DNA of 41,259 nt. Source: Minisyncoccia bacterium (lineage in GTDB: Bacteria > Patescibacteriota > Minisyncoccia > Phycocordibacterales > Zambryskibacteraceae). The DNA lies in contig JBAQOA010000027.1 of assembly GCA_049304335.1 (NCBI GenBank), positions 1-41,259 on the forward strand. The letters are read 5' to 3'. The notes under the pieces are model-generated. The model did no database searches. It was not told the DNA's origin and saw only the letters and a program-made list of their open reading frames with translations. Positions 34,665 through 41,259 of this stretch are shown here, in pieces. The position numbers and the translations under genes are program-made. How positions within the stretch are numbered: the stretch's first letter is position 1; the number at the start of each line of letters is the position of its first letter.

Positions 34665-35948
34665 ATGTTAGACATTAGATTCATAAAAGAAAATAAAGAA
34701 CTCGTAGAGAGCGCGGTAAAAGCCAAAAATAGAGATGTAGATATTGAGGCTCTATTAAAATTGAGTGATGAGAGAAAAGAGTTGAAGACTCAAATAGATG
34801 ATTTGAATCAGAAAAGAAATATCGCAGCCAAAGAGCAGAATAGAGAAGAAGGTACACGCATAAAGAAAGAGCTTGAGGTACTAGAAGAAAAATTCAAGAT
34901 AGTTGATAAGGATTTTTTGACAGTAATGTTAAAAGTGCCAAACATTTTTTCTCCCGATACTCCAATTGCTCAAGATGAGAGTGGCAACAAAGTTATTCGT
35001 CAGTGGGGCGAAAAGCCAAATTTTTCTTTCAAACCGAAAGAGCATTATGAGATAGGCGAACCACTTGGAGTTATTGATACAGAAACAGCAGGAAAAATTT
35101 CTGGTTCTCGCTTCTCTTATATAAAGGGGGATTTAGCGAGAATGCAATTTGCCATAATCCAACTTTGTTTAGATATTTTGACAGATGAGAAGCGTCTCCA
35201 GAAAATCGCCGATGATGCAGGCCTAGCGATTAAAGCAACACCATTTACGCCCGTTATTCCTCCTGTGTTTGTGAAGCCGGCTGTGCAAAATCGTATGGCA
35301 AGATTTTTGACACCAGAGGAGCACTATATGTTTCCAAATGATGATTTGATGCTTGTCGGTTCTGCGGAACACACCCTCGGACCTATTTATATGGACCAGA
35401 GTTTACCTGAAAAAGATTTACCAATTCGTTTTGTCGGTTACTCAACGGCGTTTAGAAGAGAAGCAGGCTCGTATGGAAAAGATACAAATGGAATCTTGCG
35501 TCAGCACCAATTTGATAAATTAGAAATGGAAACTTTTTGTTTGCCAGAAAATTCTGTGCAAGAGCAAGATTTTCTAGTGGCTATCCAAGAACACTTGCTT
35601 CAAACACTTGAGCTTCCGTATCAGGTTGTACTTTTGTGCACAGGAGATATGGGCTTTCCAGATTACCGTCAAATTGATATCGAGACATGGATGCCAGGGC
35701 AAAATGCATATAGAGAGACACATTCAGCCGATCTCACCACTTCATTTCAGTCACGTCGTTTAAACACTCGCGTAAAGCGCGAGAATGGTGAAAACGAACC
35801 ACTTCATATGAATGATGCCACTTTGGCAGCAATGGGACGACTCTTAATTGCTATAGTTGAGAATAATCAACAGGAAGATGGTTCAGTAGTTATTCCGAAA
35901 GTTTTGAGACCATATCTTGGTGGCAAGGAAGTTATTGAGGCGAAGTAG
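34665..35948 (+). CDS. serS: seryl-tRNA synthetase
   Basis: The ATG at 34665 (MLDIRFIKEN...) lies after the terminator. N-terminal coiled coil, then the class II core (FRREAGSYGKDTNGILRQHQFDKLE). Confidence 0.92.
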   Translation: MLDIRFIKENKELVESAVKAKNRDVDIEALLKLSDERKELKTQIDDLNQKRNIAAKEQNREEGTRIKKELEVLEEKFKIVDKDFLTVMLKVPNIFSPDTPIAQDESGNKVIRQWGEKPNFSFKPKEHYEIGEPLGVIDTETAGKISGSRFSYIKGDLARMQFAIIQLCLDILTDEKRLQKIADDAGLAIKATPFTPVIPPVFVKPAVQNRMARFLTPEEHYMFPNDDLMLVGSAEHTLGPIYMDQSLPEKDLPIRFVGYSTAFRREAGSYGKDTNGILRQHQFDKLEMETFCLPENSVQEQDFLVAIQEHLLQTLELPYQVVLLCTGDMGFPDYRQIDIETWMPGQNAYRETHSADLTTSFQSRRLNTRVKRENGENEPLHMNDATLAAMGRLLIAIVENNQQEDGSVVIPKVLRPYLGGKEVIEAK

Positions 35949-35976
35949 TTTTTTAAAAGTGCGATAATTTTGTTTA

Positions 35977-36795
35977 ATGAAAAAAGATAAGTTTTCTATT
36001 CTTAAATCTAAGAAGATTGAAGCCCGTAAGCGCCAATATCGTTTGCGCATCGGTTTAGTAGCAATAACTATTTTAGTTGTGGCACTTGTTTTGCCACCTC
36101 TTGTTGCTCGGATACCATTACTAGAAATAAGGACTGTAAATGTAGAAGGCACCAAGACCATTGAATCAAGCGCAATTGTAGATTTTGTTAATGCAAAACT
36201 TTCAGAGACATATTTAAAAGTTTTTCCGAGAGACACATATATAACGGCCGGTAAGGGGAGACTAAAGGAAGGACTGTTAAATGAATACCCAGCGATTTTA
36301 GACATTAAGTTAAGTTTTCATACTCCTCATATATTGCTCATAGAAATAACAGAAAGAGAGCCTTCAGTTTTATGGTGTGCAGGTAGTGATAATAAAAATT
36401 GTTATTTTGCCGACTCGCAGGGATTCATTTATGAGAGAGCGCCAGAATTTTCGTCTCCCGTTTATGTAGTTTTTAGGAATGGTATTAAAAATGAAAATCC
36501 TATGAAGCAGAGTATTTCTGGTAAAACTGTTTTTGAGCGCATAAATGTATTAGAAAAGAATTTTTCAGTATTAGGATTGAAAGTAAAAGAAATTTCTTTC
36601 CAGCCAAATGAAGTTGTTAATTTTTATTTGAATCACGGCGCGCTTTATATTTCATTGAGAGGGGATGATAAGCTCACTTTTGATAATTTGAGTTCGCTTT
36701 TATTAAATCCAAAAACAGATTTGCGTGACGGAGTAGGCGGAATAAAAAATTCATATATTGATTTAAGGTTCGGAAATAAGATTTTTTACAAATAA
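35977..36795 (+). CDS. ftsQ: FtsQ/DivIB-like cell division protein (POTRA)
   Basis: 272 aa. Basic N-terminus, one TM segment, then the POTRA-like segment IRTVNVEGTKTIESSAIVDFV. Confidence 0.6.
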   Translation: MKKDKFSILKSKKIEARKRQYRLRIGLVAITILVVALVLPPLVARIPLLEIRTVNVEGTKTIESSAIVDFVNAKLSETYLKVFPRDTYITAGKGRLKEGLLNEYPAILDIKLSFHTPHILLIEITEREPSVLWCAGSDNKNCYFADSQGFIYERAPEFSSPVYVVFRNGIKNENPMKQSISGKTVFERINVLEKNFSVLGLKVKEISFQPNEVVNFYLNHGALYISLRGDDKLTFDNLSSLLLNPKTDLRDGVGGIKNSYIDLRFGNKIFYK

Positions 36796-36837
36796 TTAAT
36801 TATTGACAAAATATAATTACAAAGTAAAGTAAATATA

Positions 36838-37141
36838 GAACAGCACAAAAGACCGACTGGGTAGACTCCGCGGAATTCCATCCGCTCGAGGGGACTCAGT
36901 ACAGAATGAATCTAGGTTGGCAGTGGGCCACAGAGAGCGCTAGCCCGGCTAAACATCAAACGCCGCGCAAACCCTCCACCATTTCCGGGGACAGTCCTTG
37001 GACCCCCGTCAGAGATGCAGAACGCCCAACTATCTCAACCAATTTTCGTGGGAAGTAGATTTTTACTTCCTTTGTGGAGCGTCAAAACTCCCGGTCGAAC
37101 CATCGCGCTCACCCTGATTAAAGGGTGAGCGTTTTGTTTTT
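36838..37141 (+). ncRNA. unassigned structured RNA candidate, unit 1 of the ORF-free GC-rich locus
   Basis: A possible promoter lies upstream: TTGACA at 36803-36808, 16 nt, then TAAAGT. The GC-rich body contains hairpins such as GGAAGTA-GATTTT-TACTTCC. It ends in the terminator CGCTCACCCT-GATTAA-AGGGTGAGCG-TTTTGTTTTT (37106-37141). Confidence 0.4.
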
Positions 37142-37184
37142 CATAAATTTTGTAAATTTGACAATTTTATATATTTTGTGTTTG

Positions 37185-37863
37185 AACTTTTTAGGAGCTT
37201 GACTGTGGATAACTGTTTCTGTAATGTCTCTGCCAGACCGTTCTTAGACAAGTTGATTGGTTCATCTGGCAAAGAACAAACGGCAGATAAACCGCGGGGC
37301 AACCCACGGAAAATCCACCGCAAGTTCGTAGAGCCCGCAAGAGCTCTGCATCTGGTCGCCGTTCACGGCTACACCCAACTGTTACGACTAGCATACGGGT
37401 TAGCTAGTCGAGACATAACAGGCCGCAGTCCTCACGAGGGATTATCGGCAAGGGAAAATCCAAGTTTCGCTATCATGCGTCGGCAAGATAGTTTCGTACG
37501 GACTTCAAAGTCCATACGAACATCCCGCCTATCCACATAGGCGACGATGAAAACAAGGTACCAGAAAAGCAAGAACCAATGAAGACGGCCAGACCTCCAA
37601 AGTCCAGCCGATCCAAGGAAGTAAGCGAGGATGAAATCTCGCTGAAAACCTCGGAGTTGCGGATCGTCAATCCGCTCCTTCACGCACGAAGTTTCCGAAA
37701 GGAAACCCGTTGAACCTCGCTTCGGCAAGGTCCATCGCCTCTCCAGAGAGGTAAGTGCACAGCTTGTCACCCTTCTAGGGCGTATAGGTTCTGATGACCG
37801 AAAGGCCATAAGAATCCTCGCGCCCCCAAACGGGCGTCCTTCTACACGAAGGGCGCCCGTTTT
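37185..37863 (+). ncRNA. unassigned large structured RNA candidate, unit 2
   Basis: About 680 nt without a credible ORF. Tetraloop-capped hairpins include CCGCGGG-GCAA-CCCACGG (37292-37309) and GTTTCC-GAAA-GGAAAC (37691-37706). There are also an 8-bp stem at 37385-37410 and a 12-bp stem at 37493-37520. It ends in the terminator at 37828-37863. The 5' end is uncertain. Confidence 0.35.
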
Positions 37864-37904
37864 CACGTATTAGGTTGAAGTATTTTGTTTTATAAGTACT
37901 ATCC

Positions 37905-38135
37905 ACTGCAGAAAGGATGCACATTCACAGGTATGCAGCGGTCCCTCCCCGTGGCTACGTCCGTAAGGGCGGAAGCTATTTCAGTGATTCTTGGGCGAGA
38001 TTGGACTCTCCAATGACTGTGTTCGTGACAAGTGCTTAGTCGTGTTTGCACTTGTTCTAGTCGCGCTTGCATGCCACGACTGGACATCCGAAGTTTTGGG
38101 CGCGCATCCGTACAGGGTGCGCGCCCAATTTTTTT
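37905..38135 (+). ncRNA. unassigned structured RNA candidate, unit 3
   Basis: A possible promoter lies upstream: TTGAAG at 37875-80, 16 nt, then TACTAT. The body has nested stems such as AGTCGTG...CACGACT. It ends in a strong terminator, TTGGGCGCGCA-(11 nt)-TGCGCGCCCAA-TTTTTTT (38096-38135). Confidence 0.35.
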
Positions 38136-38153
38136 GATATAGTCTTAAACTTA

Positions 38154-39122
38154 ATGAAAGAAAATTTTTGGGATAAATTAAAAAAGCCCATCTTTGTTTT
38201 AGCGCCAATGGCCGACGTCACTGACGTTTCTTTTCGCAGGGTAATTGCAAAATATGGCAAACCAGATGTTATGTGGACCGAGTTTGTGTCTGCAGATGGT
38301 TTGGTGCGAGCTACTCCAGAAGGAAAGAAAAAACTTTTAAAAGATTTGGAATATTCAGAAGGTGAGAGACCAATTGTGGCGCAATTATTTTCTGCCAATC
38401 CAGAATATATGTTTGAGGCTGCAAAGTTGGTCAAAGAATTAGGATTTGATGGCTTGGATATCAATATGGGATGTCCAGACAAAGGTGTAGAAAAGCAGGG
38501 AGCAGGAGCTGCACTAATGAAAAATTCAAAATTAGCACGAGAAATAATTCGTTCTGCAAAAAATGGTTTTGATGGACCAGTTTCAGTGAAGACCCGTATT
38601 GGCTATAACAAAGATGAGCTGGATGTATGGCTCCCAGAGATTTTGAAAGAAGGTGTTTCGTTGGTCACAATACATGCACGCACAAGAAAAGAAATGTCCG
38701 ATGTCCCAGCTAATTGGGAAAGAGTAAAAAGAGCAGTTGAAATTAGAAATGAATATGCGCCAGAGACTTTAATTTTCGGAAATGGAGATGTTGCCGGTGT
38801 TGATGATGCTAGGAAAAAATGCGAGGAATTTGGTTGTGATGGCGTAATGCTCGGGCGCGCAATTTTTGGCAACCCTTGGCTTTTTATGAAAAATCCACCA
38901 ACTGATGGACCAACAACTGAAGAAAAACTTAAAGTACTCGTTGAACACAGCAAACTTTATGATGAACTGATTACAGGATTTAAAAGTTTTTCGGTAATGA
39001 AAAAACATTTTAAAGCGTACGTAAATGGTTTTGATGGTGCTGTAGATTTAAGAAAAAAATTAATGGAAACAAATAATTCGAGCGAAGTTGAAATGATGGT
39101 AAATGATTTTCTAAAAAAATAG
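38154..39122 (+). CDS. tRNA-dihydrouridine synthase
   Basis: The ATG at 38154 lies after the terminator. VLAPMADVTDVSFRRV, QLFSANPE, INMGCP and IHARTR are Dus family landmarks. Confidence 0.88.
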   Translation: MKENFWDKLKKPIFVLAPMADVTDVSFRRVIAKYGKPDVMWTEFVSADGLVRATPEGKKKLLKDLEYSEGERPIVAQLFSANPEYMFEAAKLVKELGFDGLDINMGCPDKGVEKQGAGAALMKNSKLAREIIRSAKNGFDGPVSVKTRIGYNKDELDVWLPEILKEGVSLVTIHARTRKEMSDVPANWERVKRAVEIRNEYAPETLIFGNGDVAGVDDARKKCEEFGCDGVMLGRAIFGNPWLFMKNPPTDGPTTEEKLKVLVEHSKLYDELITGFKSFSVMKKHFKAYVNGFDGAVDLRKKLMETNNSSEVEMMVNDFLKK

Positions 39123-39221
39123 ACCAACAAAATTACTCTTTACTTTTTATTTTTTATATTGTACTCTTGTAAAAGAAGTAAAAGTACACGCTCCAACCAC
39201 GGCCCCATTTAGGAGGGGACA

Positions 39222-39896
39222 ATGCGCACCACAATGTTGGTTCTCGTGACGGCACTCCTTCTGGGGTGCAGGAAAGACGAGACGCTCGTGAGTCTGTATG
39301 ACTCTGGGCTTCCCACGTCGCCACAGGCGCCCGTTGGTGTCATGCAGGTCTTCATGAATCCGCACGCGGATTCGCTGAAGCTCGGCGACACCACCACTTT
39401 CGTTGCCCGTGCAATCCCTACTCGGGAAAGCGCAGGTTTCAATCGAAAGATCTTCTGGAGGTCGGCCGACACGACCATTGTGTCGCTGACTCAGGTGAGC
39501 GACACAAGCGTCCGCGCTACCGGCAAGAAGGTAGGCAGTGCCCAGATTCGTGGGTACGCCTCTGCCGATTCCAGCAAGTTTGCCACGGCGTCTCTCACGG
39601 TCTATACCGTGGCGCCGTCGCACAGCTCGCCGGTACAGCTGGTGAAGTTCGATGGCGATTCGGTCATCGCCGTCAAGGTGAATGAGAGTAGGCAGATGCC
39701 AGCTCCGCGCTGTGTGATGGTGAACCCAAGCGCGCCATGCGAGCTACTCTGGCGCTCGACCGACACCCTGACGCTTTCGGTGAATGCTACCGGAAGAATC
39801 ACGGGCAAGAAGGTAGGAAATGCGCAGGTGTATGTGCGGGTCAAGGCCGACACTACGTTCGTCGCGGTCTACCCGAAGCCTGTGCAGGTGAAGTAG
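39222..39896 (+). CDS. lipoprotein with two Big_2-like Ig domains (GC-rich islet)
   Basis: AGGAGG lies before the ATG. The lipobox is LLLGC. There are two repeats of the pattern W-R-S-x-D-T...V...ATG-K-K-VG-x-AQ. Confidence 0.7.
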   Translation: MRTTMLVLVTALLLGCRKDETLVSLYDSGLPTSPQAPVGVMQVFMNPHADSLKLGDTTTFVARAIPTRESAGFNRKIFWRSADTTIVSLTQVSDTSVRATGKKVGSAQIRGYASADSSKFATASLTVYTVAPSHSSPVQLVKFDGDSVIAVKVNESRQMPAPRCVMVNPSAPCELLWRSTDTLTLSVNATGRITGKKVGNAQVYVRVKADTTFVAVYPKPVQVK

Positions 39897-39923
39897 AGCG
39901 GAGGAGCGGAGAGGAGCAAAGCA

Positions 39924-39953
39924 GGGGCGCACGACAATTTCGTCGTGCGCCCC
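39924..39953 (+). terminator. intrinsic terminator of the lipoprotein gene
   Basis: GGGGCGCACGAC-AATTTC-GTCGTGCGCCCC followed by ATTTCGTT. Confidence 0.7.
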
Positions 39954-39979
39954 ATTTCGTTATATAATCAGACTCAAAT

Positions 39980-41011
39980 ATGGAAACACTCTACAGGAAA
40001 TATCGTCCCCAAAAATTTGCACAAGTGATTGGTCAGGACCATGTCGTTTCGGTGTTAGAGGCGTCAATAAAAAAGGGAAATATTTCACACGCATATTTAT
40101 TTTCTGGTTCACGAGGTACAGGCAAAACGTCTATAGCACGCATCTTGGCAAATGAAATTGGAACTCACGAAAATGATGTTTACGAAATGGACGCCGCTTC
40201 GCAAAATAGTGTTGATGATGTGCGGGCACTTGTAGATGGTGTGAACACAATGCCATTTCAGTCTAAATACAAAGTTTATATTTTGGATGAAGCTCATATG
40301 TTTTCAAAACAGGCGTGGAATGCACTTTTGAAAACTCTTGAAGAGCCACCTGCTCATGTAATTTTTGTTTTAGCTACAACCGAGTTGGAAAAAGTTCCTG
40401 AAACTGTAATTTCTAGGTGTCAGACATTTACCTTCAAAAAACCGTCAGAAGCTTTTTTGAAAGATGTAATAAATGACGCTTCAAAAAAAGAAGGTAAAAA
40501 ATTAAATAGTGATGCCGCAGAACTTATTGCACTTTTGGGTGATGGTTCGTATCGCGATGCATACGGCATTTTGCAAAAAGTTATTACTGTTTCAGACGAT
40601 AAAGAAATAACAGGAGAGGAAGTTGAGAAAGTGACTGGTGCTCCCAAGCACCAAACGGTTAATGAAGTACTTTTGGCAATCTCGAAAGGGGATTCAGCCA
40701 AAGCTTTAGAGGCTATAGGTACAGCATCAAAAGCTGGTACAGAAATCAAAACTTTTTTGAAACTTTTGATTTATAAAATGAGAGCAATTTTGCTTTTGCG
40801 ATTTGACCCAAGGTCGTCAAATTATTTAAGCGATAGATTTTCAAAAGAGGATATTGCTATTCTTTCTGAAATTGCGAAGGAAAAAACTTCAAAAATAAAT
40901 GCTAGTTCCTTGCTAGAGATTTTGAATGCCTACTCATCAGCGGGGCGCTTTGTGGTGCCAGAGCTTCCTTTAGAGCTTGCTTTGATGAGGATTTTGGGCG
41001 AGGATAAGTAA
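39980..41011 (+). CDS. dnaX: DNA polymerase III gamma/tau subunit (short form)
   Basis: 343 aa. Walker A GSRGTGKTS, Walker B ILDEAHM, sensor SRCQ. Confidence 0.9.
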   Translation: METLYRKYRPQKFAQVIGQDHVVSVLEASIKKGNISHAYLFSGSRGTGKTSIARILANEIGTHENDVYEMDAASQNSVDDVRALVDGVNTMPFQSKYKVYILDEAHMFSKQAWNALLKTLEEPPAHVIFVLATTELEKVPETVISRCQTFTFKKPSEAFLKDVINDASKKEGKKLNSDAAELIALLGDGSYRDAYGILQKVITVSDDKEITGEEVEKVTGAPKHQTVNEVLLAISKGDSAKALEAIGTASKAGTEIKTFLKLLIYKMRAILLLRFDPRSSNYLSDRFSKEDIAILSEIAKEKTSKINASSLLEILNAYSSAGRFVVPELPLELALMRILGEDK

Positions 41012-41016
41012 GTTAT

Positions 41017-41087
41017 TGGGGGATCGTCTAATGGTAGGACAGTAGCCTTTGAAGCTATTAATTTTGGTTCGACTCCAAGTCCCCCAG
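41017..41087 (+). tRNA. tRNA-Gln(UUG)
   Basis: 71 nt. Acceptor stem TGGGGGA/TCCCCCA (U1-A72), anticodon loop CTTTGAA, T-arm TTTGG-TTCGACT-CCAAG. Confidence 0.85.
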
Positions 41088-41132
41088 CTAGTGAAATTTA
41101 AATAACTCCTGTTATGCAAATTTTACTTACGG

Positions 41133-41259
41133 CTTGGAGTCGAACACAGGAGCGGGGGTCGGGGAGACACGGATTGTCTCCCCGTGCAGGAAGGCAGTCC
41201 TGAGCGAAGTGAGGGGCGTTGGAAAACCGTCGGTTTCCAAAGAGTGAGACATCCAAGTC
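41133..41259 (+). repeat. tRNA-3'-end-linked GC-rich structured module, copy 2 (next to tRNA-Gln; truncated by the window end)
   Basis: CTTGG-AGTCGAAC ... AGTGAGA-CAT-CCAAG-TC. The left 13 nt are the exact reverse complement of the tRNA-Gln T-loop plus 3' T-stem. The interior blocks are shared with 24920-25048. Confidence 0.6.

Noticed and set aside
37141-37212. Possible replication origin. A 60-bp AT-rich stretch is followed by a perfect DnaA box, TGTGGATAA (37204-37212). A one-mismatch box, CTATCCACA, lies at 37529-37537.
   Set aside because: There is only one perfect box and no cluster. No dnaA or dnaN gene is nearby. Gene orientation does not switch here. Chance occurrence is plausible. 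A GC-skew analysis of the whole genome would settle it.
37493-37520. Group II intron domain V look-alike. On the minus strand it reads GUUCGUAUGGACU-UUGA-AGUCCGUACGAAAC, recalling the CGUAU...GUACG of domain V.
   Set aside because: There is no AGC/CGC catalytic triad, no 2-nt bulge and no GNRA loop. No GUGYG 5' end lies at a sensible distance, no domain VI follows, and there is no intron-encoded RT. Terminators indicate plus-strand transcription.
37178-37866. ORFs 37178..37540(+) of 120 aa, 37432..37866(-) of 144 aa, 37191..37394(-), 37473..37670(-), and a 50-aa ATG ORF at 36906..37058(+).
   Set aside because: They have non-canonical starts or no SD, and compositions that are Arg/Ser/Pro-rich and not protein-like. 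They cross strong hairpins and terminators. The region is better explained as RNA or decayed DNA.
36838-38135. Assignment of the three GC-rich units to RNase P RNA, tmRNA, SRP/4.5S or 6S RNA.
   Set aside because: The signature strings I know are absent or only loosely mimicked: GAGGAAAGUCC and ACAGAAnCCGGCUUA for RNase P, the GGUUCGAnUCC...CCA tail plus tag ORF for tmRNA, and GGUCCGGAAGGAAGCAGCC for SRP. I therefore left them unassigned rather than naming them. A covariance-model scan is needed.
4534-39960. Metagenomic chimerism as the explanation for the GC-rich islets.
   Set aside because: Ten separate small blocks would each need two precise chimeric joins, and each is flanked on both sides by intact AT-rich core genes. 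That makes misassembly unlikely. I cannot exclude it without read mapping, so it is listed as the key control.

Overview
This is a low-GC bacterial chromosome segment; hand-counted lines give about 35-40% G+C. The gene content and style look like a CPR/Patescibacteria (Parcubacteria-type) genome: a short IF-2, a short DnaX, a degenerate HisRS paralogue, a tandem array of TrbC/VirB2-like pilin genes, tightly packed overlapping genes, and tRNA genes without encoded CCA. That taxonomic call is inference.

I can support about 45 protein-coding genes. Most are housekeeping: ftsA, ybeY, rpsU, lepB, pth, rpsA, gyrA, rbfA, infB, a cysteine desulfurase, clpB, rpmG, miaA, parB, topA, dprA, serS, an ftsQ-like gene, dus and dnaX. 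There are also 8 tRNA genes: Leu-UAG, Lys-CUU, Leu-UAA, Cys-GCA, Tyr-GUA, Trp-CCA, Leu-CAA and Gln-UUG.

I saw no rRNA, CRISPR array, transposase, integrase or reverse transcriptase.

Five things deserve a second look:
1. A conserved GC-rich structured module of about 105 nt sits just 3' of two different tRNA genes (Tyr and Gln). In each case it is framed by copies of that tRNA's own T-arm and 3' end. A decayed junction of the same type lies next to tRNA-Leu(UAG).
2. A GIY-YIG nuclease gene sits exactly between a duplicated 5' half of tRNA-Tyr and the intact tRNA-Tyr.
3. At least ten short G+C-rich islets (about 60% on hand-counted lines) are wedged between AT-rich core genes. Most carry their own Shine-Dalgarno site and GC-rich intrinsic terminator, and they encode small secreted, membrane or signalling proteins.
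4. One 1.3-kb islet is free of credible ORFs and divides into three terminator-bounded, hairpin-dense units. I could not assign them to RNase P RNA, tmRNA, SRP RNA or group II introns.
5. Six tandem pilin-like paralogues follow an orphan solute-binding protein. A GG-hexapeptide repeat is shared with an unlinked surface protein.

Coordinates of non-ORF features were hand-indexed and may be off by 1-2 nt.
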